From Owenia fusiformis (Eukaryota): DNA of 64,000 bases. Numbering within the stretch: the stretch's first letter is position 1; every line of letters begins with the position of its first letter. Where the stretch lies: contig CAIIXF020000001.1 of assembly GCA_903813345.2 (NCBI GenBank), positions 34,410,001 through 34,474,000 of the forward strand, written 5' to 3'. Below, one piece after another: positions 1-9,873 of this stretch. A program made the position numbers and the translations under genes. The notes under the pieces are model-generated. The model saw only the letters and a program-made list of their open reading frames with translations. It was not told where the DNA came from and did not search any database.

Positions 1-356
1 GACATGACTGAGCAAACAGGTCCAAAACCTAATCAGATCTAGAATGAAGTGAGCTGAACAAGATTTTAAAGTTTTAAAAGCAACTGTGAAGCCGTTTTTC
101 TTAAAATTTGCAGACAAGAATTTTAGCATTTGACTTCAAAATGGCCGACAGGAAGTAGGTATCGAGTTAATTTTTTTTCATCCACATCTGTATGCACTTA
201 TAAGTTATCCCTGAAAATTTGAAGGTGATATCTGTGGCGGTTTTGAAAAAAAACTGCCGGACGTACGGACGTACGGACAGACAGACAGACGGACAGACAG
301 ACGGACGCGCCTAGGCCTACAATATGGCCCCACACTATGTGGTGGGGACATAAAAA
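1..356 (+). mobile_element. 3' end of HINE-like family C element
   Basis: GGAC/AGAC microsatellite then CCCCACACTATGTGGTGGGGACAT, the inverse of the ATGTCCCCACC subTIR found at the starts of the 24261 and 26590 copies; 1-190 matches 27417-27605. Confidence 0.75.
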
Positions 357-371
357 ACGTGAAATAATCAT

Positions 372-1303
372 AATGAAGGACCAACGGTCCTGTGCTCACA
401 CAGTTTGGAACCTTCAGAGGAATGAATATACTTACTTTCAAACTAAAATATTGATTTGGATTTGTAGTCTCGAACTTTAAGAAACTTAGATAGCACAGTT
501 GTGTGACCTAGTTTGATGACCTTTGACCTTGAAAATTTTACTAATCCAGAGCTCAGTAAGGTCTTTTGTGATTAAGCTGACCAAAATTTACATCCAAAAA
601 TCAATTTGAAAAATCAACTTTTTTGACCTTTCGAAGGTCACTGAAGGTGAAGTAAAGGTCAAATCCTAAAAATAATGTCAGATTTGAACTCTTGGCAACT
701 TGTAGATGATTTTCAAAAAAGAATTTGGTCAAATTGAAACAAGTTGAAAAATAACTTATTTTTACTGTTTTTTGACATCAAATATCTCAAAAACTGTAAA
801 AATTTAATGCTGACATATATTGAGCAATATGTAGGGAATGCTTAAATCTAGTTATGATGTAATTCACTGCAAGAAATGATCAAGTATAAGGCAAACTTTG
901 AGAAACTTGTCAATCACAAAACCTGCCATTGACTTTATACATGAGAAAGTTTCTTGAAAATGACGAAGTCCTACTTTTGTCAAATTTTATAGAGTAAAAA
1001 CCAAAAACTGTAATCTCAAGAGCTTTGAAATCTTCAGAGGACATAAGTTGCATATACAGCAACTACTAAAAGTTATTTGAAAGTTCTACTTCAACAAAGT
1101 GTCTAGTATTTACAGAAAATTTGACTTTTTGACGTCAAAATCCGCAATTTCTCGGAAACCGGGCGAACTTGGGAAATGGCGATGATAGGTCAAATAGGCA
1201 TTATGGATATGCATAAAATGAATGTGGATATGACTCAATCCGAATAGCAGTTTTAATTTGTGCGGCCAAAGTTGACGGACGGACGGACCAACGGACGGAC
1301 GTC
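372..1303 (+). mobile_element. HINE-like family D element, truncated at its GGAC module
   Basis: Near-identical to 44155-45105 up to the microsatellite; lacks the terminal CTCACTGTGTGAGC hairpin. Confidence 0.8.
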
Positions 1304-4020
1304 TTGTAATATATAGATACGAATTGGTTGTTTAATTAAGTAGCTACTTTTTGCTTTCATCTAATGATGCTAGAGAACACAAAAAAACGTTTGTCTCAAT
1401 TACAAGTTTCAACACCAATATCCTTGGAGCTATGTGTAATTTTTTTATAAAATATTTTCGGCAAAGAGATGAAGATTAGCCAGCGGGTTAGCCAGATTTA
1501 GATTTTTAGTGTTTTCTTAACAAATTCCACCCCACACTCAATATCATAAAGCAACAATGCCTTGTTGATCATTTAACGTTGGGAATCATGTACATGCCAC
1601 GACATTTCTCTAAACTTAACTTGTTTCTTTTAAATTCTTTATTTCTTTAAGTCTGATTCTGAAAGGAAAATACAACATAGGGGAGGACGGAGGTTGGTTC
1701 CCGGGGGTTGGTTCGAGCCTTAATGGGATTCAAAGCATCCGTTGAATGACTCTAAATCAAGCAGGTAATTTAAAGCAGTTGCCAAATATCAGTAAATACA
1801 TTTGATCCTTCACAGTAACCACATCGAGGCGAGGGCCCCTCTGAAGGGGGTTGGGGGGGGGGGGGTAAACACACAGTACCATCTGAACAATGTACCCATA
1901 AGATGCATTACACCTCGGGGCATTACATTCATTGGCCAGATAATGGTTCAGTATTCCAAATTTCTCAGGTCCGAAATCAAATTAAAAATGAAGCTAGTGT
2001 CCCAGACGCTCTTCATATGCAAAAAATCCCCCTGAGTAAAACTGGAAGCATTACTCAGGAATTATAGACCGAGAAGTTTATGTGTGATTAGTGAGGAAAC
2101 TCACTAATACATAAACAATTTATTTCCAGATTTGTGACTGGTAAGGGGCTGCACAGGAGCAAAGTGGAGTCATATCTTGTATTTGCGAATGCAACTAACC
2201 CCCGTCGGCTACCAGATTAACTTAATTTTTCATGACGAACTTATTTAAAAGTATGAATAGACCACAGATATATAATCAGTAGGTAATCTTTTGATTCTAT
2301 AAGTTAAAGTGGATTTGATACATACAATGTCGATGAATGTAATGAGCTAAATAAGGCTAAATCAGCAAATCAGCGAAGAAGACCAACTTCAATTTCAAGA
2401 TGGCTGAATTGTTTTTTCAACAGAATTTTTCTGAATTTGCAAAGTAGTGTGGGAGCAACTTAATTGAAAAATAAAACTAATTACCAACTTATTACCAACT
2501 AATTTACAACTAATTATCAACAGTTCTGCTGGCAATTGGAATTAAAGTTAAGCGTTAATTAAATCAATGATAATTATGGCCTAATTATCAGTAGCAAGTT
2601 CAACGTAAATTAACTTACAATAATGCTGATTTATGATTTTTAGTTGATAATTAAGATATGAAATGTTTGAGGGTGATAGTAAGTGGTAAATTAAAACGTT
2701 TTTGTTCTGAAGTAGATTATTGGTTGATAGTTAACATATAGGATGATTATAATGATAATTAGTCGTAAATTAGGCCCATGATTTAGAAACACAAACCCCT
2801 AAATTTAATTTCAAGATGGTGGAAAAAGAAAACATGTGAGAGATATTTCTCTCATAAAATTGAGAATTACAACGTGAATGGTGCGTATACTACCATGAAA
2901 TTTGGTCAACATTATTATAAGGGTATGTATAAAGTCCAAATAAGAGGTTCCGTGTCCTTTTTAGAGGCGAGCTAAGCGACATATGTTTTCATGAACTAGA
3001 AGTGATACTGATCAAGAAAATGATGTTGGCAATTCTGATTCTTTGACGGCGTAGCTATGGTAACCAAGTAAATATGCCACACCCACTTTTGGATGCTCTT
3101 TTCAGTGTTTGGCCTCTATTTCCACCATTATTGCTCAGATTTTGATGAAATTTATACCAAATGGAAGGTAATAGATTATGCAATCAGGAGATATTAAGTT
3201 GGCAATTCTGAATCCGTAATGGCGTTGCTATGGTAACAAAGTAAATATCCCGCACCCACTTTTAGGGGCTCTTTTCAGTGTTTGGTCCCTATCTCCGTCA
3301 ATATTGCTCAGATTTAGGTGAAATTTGTACCAAATGAAGGTAGTGGAAAAAGCAATCAAACAGCAGGGCTTGAATTAACGGTGTCCCGTACATGTTAAGG
3401 ACTCAAAAATAATTTGAAGGACGCAAAAATTGAAAATATTTCCGTTTTTTGGACGCAAATTTTTTTTAGGTCAATACTACAATGTGTTTACAACGATACC
3501 TAACAAAAACAAATAATTATGATCTCTCACCTTTATTTGAATCGTAAATAAAGCTCAACATGTTGAATATTTACAAATAATCATGATTCTCTCGAATTTT
3601 TTCGACTTTGTTTATTTTTAGATTTGAAACCATGACACGCCATAGTTTTTCCTATTCAGAAACAAATATTAGGTTATTCATGAAATAAAATGTATTCATT
3701 GTCGAATGAACGAACAAGCATTTATTCAGTCCGTACTTAACGTTTACTTCCGTTTTTAAATTCGCGGGAAGAAGTTATACCTCAAAACTAGGGCTGGCAC
3801 GGAACGGAATTATTGTCCGAACCGTCCGATTTTGCCTTCGGAAACGGACTTTCGGACCTACCTTCTCATATTCCGATAATTTTCGGAATTTTTATTTTCC
3901 TTAAAGAACATTCACTTATCGTTATAGCGATACGCTAACTCGCTATAGCGAACTCGTACTATGAAACGAAATCAATAAATATATATAATTATTAAACATT
4001 TTCACTTGGTAAAGTTGTTT

Positions 4021-4504
4021 TACTGTAAAACGGGTATTGTTAGCGAGGGGTAATTGTTAGCGATCGCTATAGTTTCGCTAAAAATTCAATTCGCTAAAAT
4101 AAACCGGGGTTAAAATAAACCGTGGCGTTAAAATTTGCAAATTCACTGGAAACTACCGTAGTATTTAAGGAGCTTTTCGTTCAGTGCTGGACTTCCGGTT
4201 TGTAATTTGAAAAAGGTAAATATTTTTAAATCGTATGTTTCTTTCAATATCTGAAGGATAAATAGCCATCCATCAGTGAAATAGTATTAGTAGTAAACAT
4301 AAATATAAAAGGTGTTAATTGAACACGGTTCAACGACCAATGATATTGCTTAAATTCTCCCGTACCATAAGTGAGCAAATGCATTTTGCTAATTTGATTT
4401 TTTAAAGATTAATCTTCATTTCACTAAAATTTCCCGCGCTAAAACCCCCTAAAATTGAAAAATCGCTAAAATTTCCTGGTGTCAAAATTACCCATTTTAC
4501 AGTA
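4021..4504. mobile_element. TA-flanked MITE (Tc1/mariner-type)
   Basis: TACTGTAAAACGGGTA / TACCCATTTTACAGTA ends with internal TTAGCGA/TCGCTAA subrepeats. Confidence 0.7.
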
Positions 4505-4643
4505 TAGATATAGGATTTTTTTATTAGTACTGATGCCCTTTTAGGGCCAAACGTACATCCGATATACAATTTTCAATAACAGTAAATATAGCAATAAAGT
4601 AAAGAAAATAGGATTACATTCTTCAAATGACATATATAAAATG

Positions 4644-7600
4644 TTACTTTGATATAAGAATCCTGTCTCTACCAATCATTAGATACTTTATCATGTCAGC
4701 AGCTTCTTTTAATATGATCCCCTCACTCGTCAATAGAAAAATTGTCTTTTGGTGATCATTCATGTTTTTAAAATTACTACACAGGTTTTCAAGTTTTTCA
4801 ATATGGGATTTTCTGATAAACTCCAATTTTTTACATTTGAATAAAAAGTGTGTTTCATCTTCTATAACCGAGTCCTTACATATTTTACAAAATCGACTAT
4901 TAAGATCAGTAATTGGTTTTGTATATCGGCCTCTTTCTATCTCTAGATTGTGGGCGCTTATACGTAATCTAGTTAAATGTTTAGCGTTTGAAAGTCTCGT
5001 TTCTGAAAGGTAGTGTTCAAACCCAAAGTGCGATTTTAGTTGTTTAAATAATCTAAGTTTCCCCCCATTCCCACTTATCAGATTCTTCCAATATACTTGA
5101 TATCTCTCTATTAATTTCTTTTTGACTTTAATAGCAAGCCTATTTGTGCTCTTCTCTATGTTTACCTTATCTTCAAGATTCAATTCATCAGACATTTTTA
5201 TTTTAATATGGCACAGTATATTTTTGAGTTGTTTGTGCCATGTAAATGTGTTATTTGTTAAAACAAATGTTTTACTCATAATTAATGAATCGTTTAGTAA
5301 ACTCCCATTTGCACTCAACTCTAAATGACCGAGGTATTTGATTTGTCTTTTTATAATATCGACTACCAAAGGTATTCTTCCCAATTCTCCTCTTACTGCC
5401 ATGTTTGTGGCTTTTCTATGAACTCCGAGAACATATTTTTGGAACCGAATATGATTGTTTTCAATTAAAGCACTTTCGTATTTATGTTCAATATCTCTAT
5501 TAGTTAGGCAGTCACGCTTGGTATATATATCAGTACACCATATTTCCGACCCGTATAAAGCAACGGGTTTGATAAGTTGATCATACAATTTCATTTTCAG
5601 TGAAGACTTCATCTCTGTGCCGCTTGTCAATTGATAAACTTTAAACATGGCTTTATTTGCTTTTTCCTTTATGTTTTGCTGGGCCGGTTTAAAAGATCCC
5701 GAAGCACTTAAGATAATTCCCAAATATGTATACCTTTGAACATTTTGTATAATCTTACCATTTATTTGAAATCGTTCTTGACAAACTTTGCCACATTTCC
5801 AGAATTTCATAATTTTTGTTTTGTCAATGTTAATTTCAAGTTTCCAGTCATCACAGAAGGATTCAAGAGTGTTTAGTTTTAGCTGCATTCCTTCTTTACT
5901 AGTATCAAATATGACTAAATCGTCTGCGAATAGCAAACTGCTAACATGTTGAGTTTCAAGGAATGGAGATTTCCCAACATTATCAAACTTTTTTATAATA
6001 TCATTTATATATATGTTAAATAATAATGGACTGAGCGAGTCTCCTTGTTTTACACCCCTAGCACATGAAAACGATTCCGTATAAGTTGAGTGATTAAGTT
6101 TTACACACGCCGTGGCATTTTCATACATGGTTTTAATGATTTTGTAGAAGTGCCCTTTAATTCCTGACTTTTGTAACTTATACATAAGGCCTGTGTGCCA
6201 TATCGAATCAAATGCCTTCTTTAGGTCCACAAAGCAGGCATAAAAATTACATTTATTTTGATGAACATGTTTGTCAATAAGAGACCGAATTATAAATATA
6301 TGGTCGGTCGTCCTTGCTTTCTTCATAAAACCTGCCTGGTTTTGTGAAATAATATTATTTGATTTGACAAATGTATAAAGGCGATTATATAGCACATTGG
6401 AGAAAATTTTCGATAAGCATTCCGAAATAAATATGCCACGATAGTTACCTGGTACTCGAGGGTCATTTTTCTTGTAAATTGGTACAATATAGGATTCATT
6501 CCACGATACTGGGTATTGGTTATTAGATAATATTTCATTGAATATCTTGCAAATGCGAGGAATTAAAATTTGCCTTCCTGCCTTTACCCATTCATTAGAT
6601 ATTCCACTTTTACCCGCAGCTTTTTTATTTTTTAGTTGGTTTACTACCGTATTGATCTCTTCATATGTTATCTTGTAACTAAGTTCGTCAAAATTAGGCT
6701 CGTTTTCTAGTTTTTTCAATCTAATTAAAATATCGTTGTCATCATTACTGTTATTTGAAAATAGTTTAGAAAAATGATTTTTCCATTCAGATGCCTCTAT
6801 ATCATCAGAGGGGTTAAATGAATTGCTGTCTTTTCTGAGGCTACTGAGAAGCTTCCAATATTCAGAAGGGTTATTTTCTTCAAAGTCTTCAAGTTTCAAA
6901 ATTAGACTGTTTTTGAATCGTTTATTGCTTGACTTACATAATTTTCTATATTGTTTGAGTACATGGAAATAGGATTTTCGAGCTTGTTCGTTGTTCGGTG
7001 ATTTCACCAGTTGTAAACCCAATCGTCTAACGCGCTTATTCAAAACGGAACAAGAAACGTTATACCATGCTTTGTTATTCCTTTTATTAGGTTGCGACTT
7101 TTTTCTTTTCTTCAGAGATAATGTTGCTGCTGTAATAAGTAAATCATTTAATTTATTCATACTTTCATTTACCCTGTTTTGTGGACAGTGCTCAATAAGC
7201 TCATCCAATGAGTTTAATTTAGCTGCGATCGGCGCTGTTTGAAGAGTTTCACGAAAGACAGTTGGGGATAAGTTATCCCATTTGAATGAATTCGCCTTCG
7301 AACTTACATGATTTTTTTTGGTGCAGATAGGATTCTTATAACAATTTTCTACTTTAAGTAACATGGAAATCATGCAATGATCTGATAAAGAGCTTAAACT
7401 ATCATGAACCTTAAATAATCTTATTCTATTCATGATTGACTGTTTTGCAAGGCAATAGTCAACAGTACTACTACCATTGTATTTATGGCATGTGAACGAA
7501 CCAAATGTGTCGCCAAAAATACGACCGTTCAATATTCTCATGTTTGTAGATTTGCATATATCAAGCAATTTGTAGCCACTTTCGTTCACTTTTGAATCTT

Positions 7601-8186
7601 TGTTCAAACGTGAAGTTGGTACTGAGTCAATTATGTAATCATCATAAAGTGGAATTGTACTATCTCCATCACATTCAATATAATCATTTAGAACACCGGT
7701 TCTTGCATTGAAATCTCCCATCATTATTATGTCCCCAAGACTTGATATTTTTGATAATTCAGCTAAAAGCGTGTCAAAGGGGTCAACCGTGTCCATGGTC
7801 TTTTTAACATAATTTGACGGGGATATGTAATTAAATCCCAGGTAGATATCATTGCTCAAACCGAAGAAAATCCTTTTCATTTTAACCCACATTAAATCGG
7901 GCGTTGTTGATTGAATTATCTGAATTCCAGGAGTTAAATGCTTTTGTATAAATACTGCAACACCACCATGTCTTTTATTGCCGGTTTTTGAACGGTTTGA
8001 ACAAAATGACGTATACCCTTCTAGGGAGAACGAACTGCCCTTATCACCATGTGTTTCAGTCATACCTATAATGTGATGCTTTTTGATTTCTTTCGTAAAA
8101 TCAGCGTTTTCAAGCTTATTGAACATATTGTTTTTAATTCCTTGTACATTCCAACATGCAACAGATAAGTGTGATCCATTATTCAT
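4644..8186 (-). CDS. LINE ORF2: AP endonuclease, reverse transcriptase and C-terminal CCHC motif (1180 aa)
   Basis: APE motifs WNVQG, TETH, GDFNAR, STVDY, SDH; RT motifs QAGF, FVDLKKAFDSI, GVKQGDSLSPLLF, LFADD, YLG; C-terminal HNLEIERGRY...CKIC...HFLFKC. Uninterrupted. Confidence 0.95.
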   Translation of the reverse strand: MNNGSHLSVACWNVQGIKNNMFNKLENADFTKEIKKHHIIGMTETHGDKGSSFSLEGYTSFCSNRSKTGNKRHGGVAVFIQKHLTPGIQIIQSTTPDLMWVKMKRIFFGLSNDIYLGFNYISPSNYVKKTMDTVDPFDTLLAELSKISSLGDIIMMGDFNARTGVLNDYIECDGDSTIPLYDDYIIDSVPTSRLNKDSKVNESGYKLLDICKSTNMRILNGRIFGDTFGSFTCHKYNGSSTVDYCLAKQSIMNRIRLFKVHDSLSSLSDHCMISMLLKVENCYKNPICTKKNHVSSKANSFKWDNLSPTVFRETLQTAPIAAKLNSLDELIEHCPQNRVNESMNKLNDLLITAATLSLKKRKKSQPNKRNNKAWYNVSCSVLNKRVRRLGLQLVKSPNNEQARKSYFHVLKQYRKLCKSSNKRFKNSLILKLEDFEENNPSEYWKLLSSLRKDSNSFNPSDDIEASEWKNHFSKLFSNNSNDDNDILIRLKKLENEPNFDELSYKITYEEINTVVNQLKNKKAAGKSGISNEWVKAGRQILIPRICKIFNEILSNNQYPVSWNESYIVPIYKKNDPRVPGNYRGIFISECLSKIFSNVLYNRLYTFVKSNNIISQNQAGFMKKARTTDHIFIIRSLIDKHVHQNKCNFYACFVDLKKAFDSIWHTGLMYKLQKSGIKGHFYKIIKTMYENATACVKLNHSTYTESFSCARGVKQGDSLSPLLFNIYINDIIKKFDNVGKSPFLETQHVSSLLFADDLVIFDTSKEGMQLKLNTLESFCDDWKLEINIDKTKIMKFWKCGKVCQERFQINGKIIQNVQRYTYLGIILSASGSFKPAQQNIKEKANKAMFKVYQLTSGTEMKSSLKMKLYDQLIKPVALYGSEIWCTDIYTKRDCLTNRDIEHKYESALIENNHIRFQKYVLGVHRKATNMAVRGELGRIPLVVDIIKRQIKYLGHLELSANGSLLNDSLIMSKTFVLTNNTFTWHKQLKNILCHIKIKMSDELNLEDKVNIEKSTNRLAIKVKKKLIERYQVYWKNLISGNGGKLRLFKQLKSHFGFEHYLSETRLSNAKHLTRLRISAHNLEIERGRYTKPITDLNSRFCKICKDSVIEDETHFLFKCKKLEFIRKSHIEKLENLCSNFKNMNDHQKTIFLLTSEGIILKEAADMIKYLMIGRDRILISK

Positions 8187-8445
8187 GCTACAACTTGTTT
8201 TACAAAGTCTGTCAACGATTTAGTGATATTTAATGAGTTATAACAATGTATAAAGTTCACCATATAATATTTAAAATGATATGTGATACTTACAATACAA
8301 CACGTATATAATACAATACTCTAAAACATTTTATACTATATTATCGTTATATACTTGTACTAAGACTTAATATAAATGGTATTTCATACCCAACACTACA
8401 TGTACTTTTCAGTAATTAACAAATGGTGTGTTTAGATGGTTAGTT

Positions 8446-9873
8446 TCACCATCTATCAAACCACTTTCTCTGGCCTTGAAATGGTCTCTTAGGACCAAAC
8501 CTTTGTGGGGGAGTGATGTTACATAGTTTCCTAATGCAATCGAGGATGTTTTTACATAGAACTGATGTACCCCTTTCGTTTGGGTGAACTCCGTCTCTGT
8601 ATAAAGATGTGTTTGGGGTTCCATTTCTTCCAAGGTTGCTGTTTAGAGAGCATGTAACCTGTCGATCATCATGATATTTGGCTTGTAGCTGGGCTGATAT
8701 GGATGCTGATCTAATGTTCCATAATTCATTGTCGCTTCTTGGTGGTGGTAAAGATAGAACGATCTTCGTATTTCCAAGTTTCCTCTTAGTCTCATTTACC
8801 AGAGTATGCATCTCGTCGATTATGTCAGTGTCCGTTTTTTGACTATCTTTGATATCATTGCTAATAACCTGGTATACTACAACATCTGGCTTCTTTAAAC
8901 TTTCCAGAGATTTTCTGGCTTGTGGTATGGTGTATGCATGTTCTAAGTAGGCGTCCATATCATGCATACGACTTGTTTTCACCAAGCTCAAAATCGAAGA
9001 ACCGATAAGGGCTACTGATGGCTTCGACTTCTCGATAGAATCGATTGACACCTCTGTTGGTTTAGGCTTACTTTGGACCGTTTTAAAGGATTGGGTATCA
9101 GAATTATCAGCAAGAACCTTACATTGTATCTTTAGATCACTGATCTCTTCCTGGGCCTTTGCTAGTTTCACATTATTTGACGTGATTTGTTCTGTGATTT
9201 CTTCTATTTCTCGGTTCTTACTATTAAGCTTATTTTCTATTATGTCAAGTTCTCTAGCTTTGATTTTTAGCGATCTGTTTTCCGTCTCCAGTGCAAACCT
9301 TTTTTCGTTCGAAATGTTTATCATTTTATGAAGATCTTCAATCTCTTGGTTTTTAGATTGTAGAATAGCTCTCTGGTGGTTAAGCTCACTTTGTAGCGTG
9401 CTCAGTTGTTTCGACTTGTCTAGACTTTCATTCATTGCTAGTTTTTTCTCCCTCATTAGTTGTTTTATTGAATTGTCATTTTCTTTGATTACCGAATCTG
9501 CTCCTTTATCAACCACTACTTTATCCATTAAATCAGCAAATGTTTTTTCGAGATTTTCAAGTTTAAGTAGGCGTTCAAGTATCTCCTCGTGGTTGTTTTG
9601 CATTTTGTATTCAATGTCTTCAACTTTTGTTCTCAAACGAATGTTGTCTAAGAAACTAGATGGATCTCGCGGAGATATTGGCGTATCATGACTAGCATTG
9701 ATCAATTGAGAAATTGTTGCTGTAGTGTTCATTTCGTCCGTGAGGTTATTATCTGCCATTCTTATGGCATCTATCAAACCCAGTTCATTTTCAGAGTCTG
9801 GATCAATGTCCGATTCGTCGAAAATATCTGATACTTCATTGGTTTTAGTTCTCAGGTTATATCTCTTTGCCAT
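8446..9873 (-). CDS. LINE ORF1: coiled coil plus SGNH/GDSL esterase-like domain (475 aa)
   Basis: Heptad-rich E/K/L segment followed by LIGSSIL, ISNDI and DGVHPN, matching SGNH blocks I, III and V; lies directly upstream of ORF2. Confidence 0.85.
   Translation of the reverse strand: MAKRYNLRTKTNEVSDIFDESDIDPDSENELGLIDAIRMADNNLTDEMNTTATISQLINASHDTPISPRDPSSFLDNIRLRTKVEDIEYKMQNNHEEILERLLKLENLEKTFADLMDKVVVDKGADSVIKENDNSIKQLMREKKLAMNESLDKSKQLSTLQSELNHQRAILQSKNQEIEDLHKMINISNEKRFALETENRSLKIKARELDIIENKLNSKNREIEEITEQITSNNVKLAKAQEEISDLKIQCKVLADNSDTQSFKTVQSKPKPTEVSIDSIEKSKPSVALIGSSILSLVKTSRMHDMDAYLEHAYTIPQARKSLESLKKPDVVVYQVISNDIKDSQKTDTDIIDEMHTLVNETKRKLGNTKIVLSLPPPRSDNELWNIRSASISAQLQAKYHDDRQVTCSLNSNLGRNGTPNTSLYRDGVHPNERGTSVLCKNILDCIRKLCNITPPQRFGPKRPFQGQRKWFDRW

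Noticed and set aside
4762..9691. Short plus-strand ORFs overlapping the LINE
   Set aside because: Antisense shadows of ORF1/ORF2 with no recognisable motifs.
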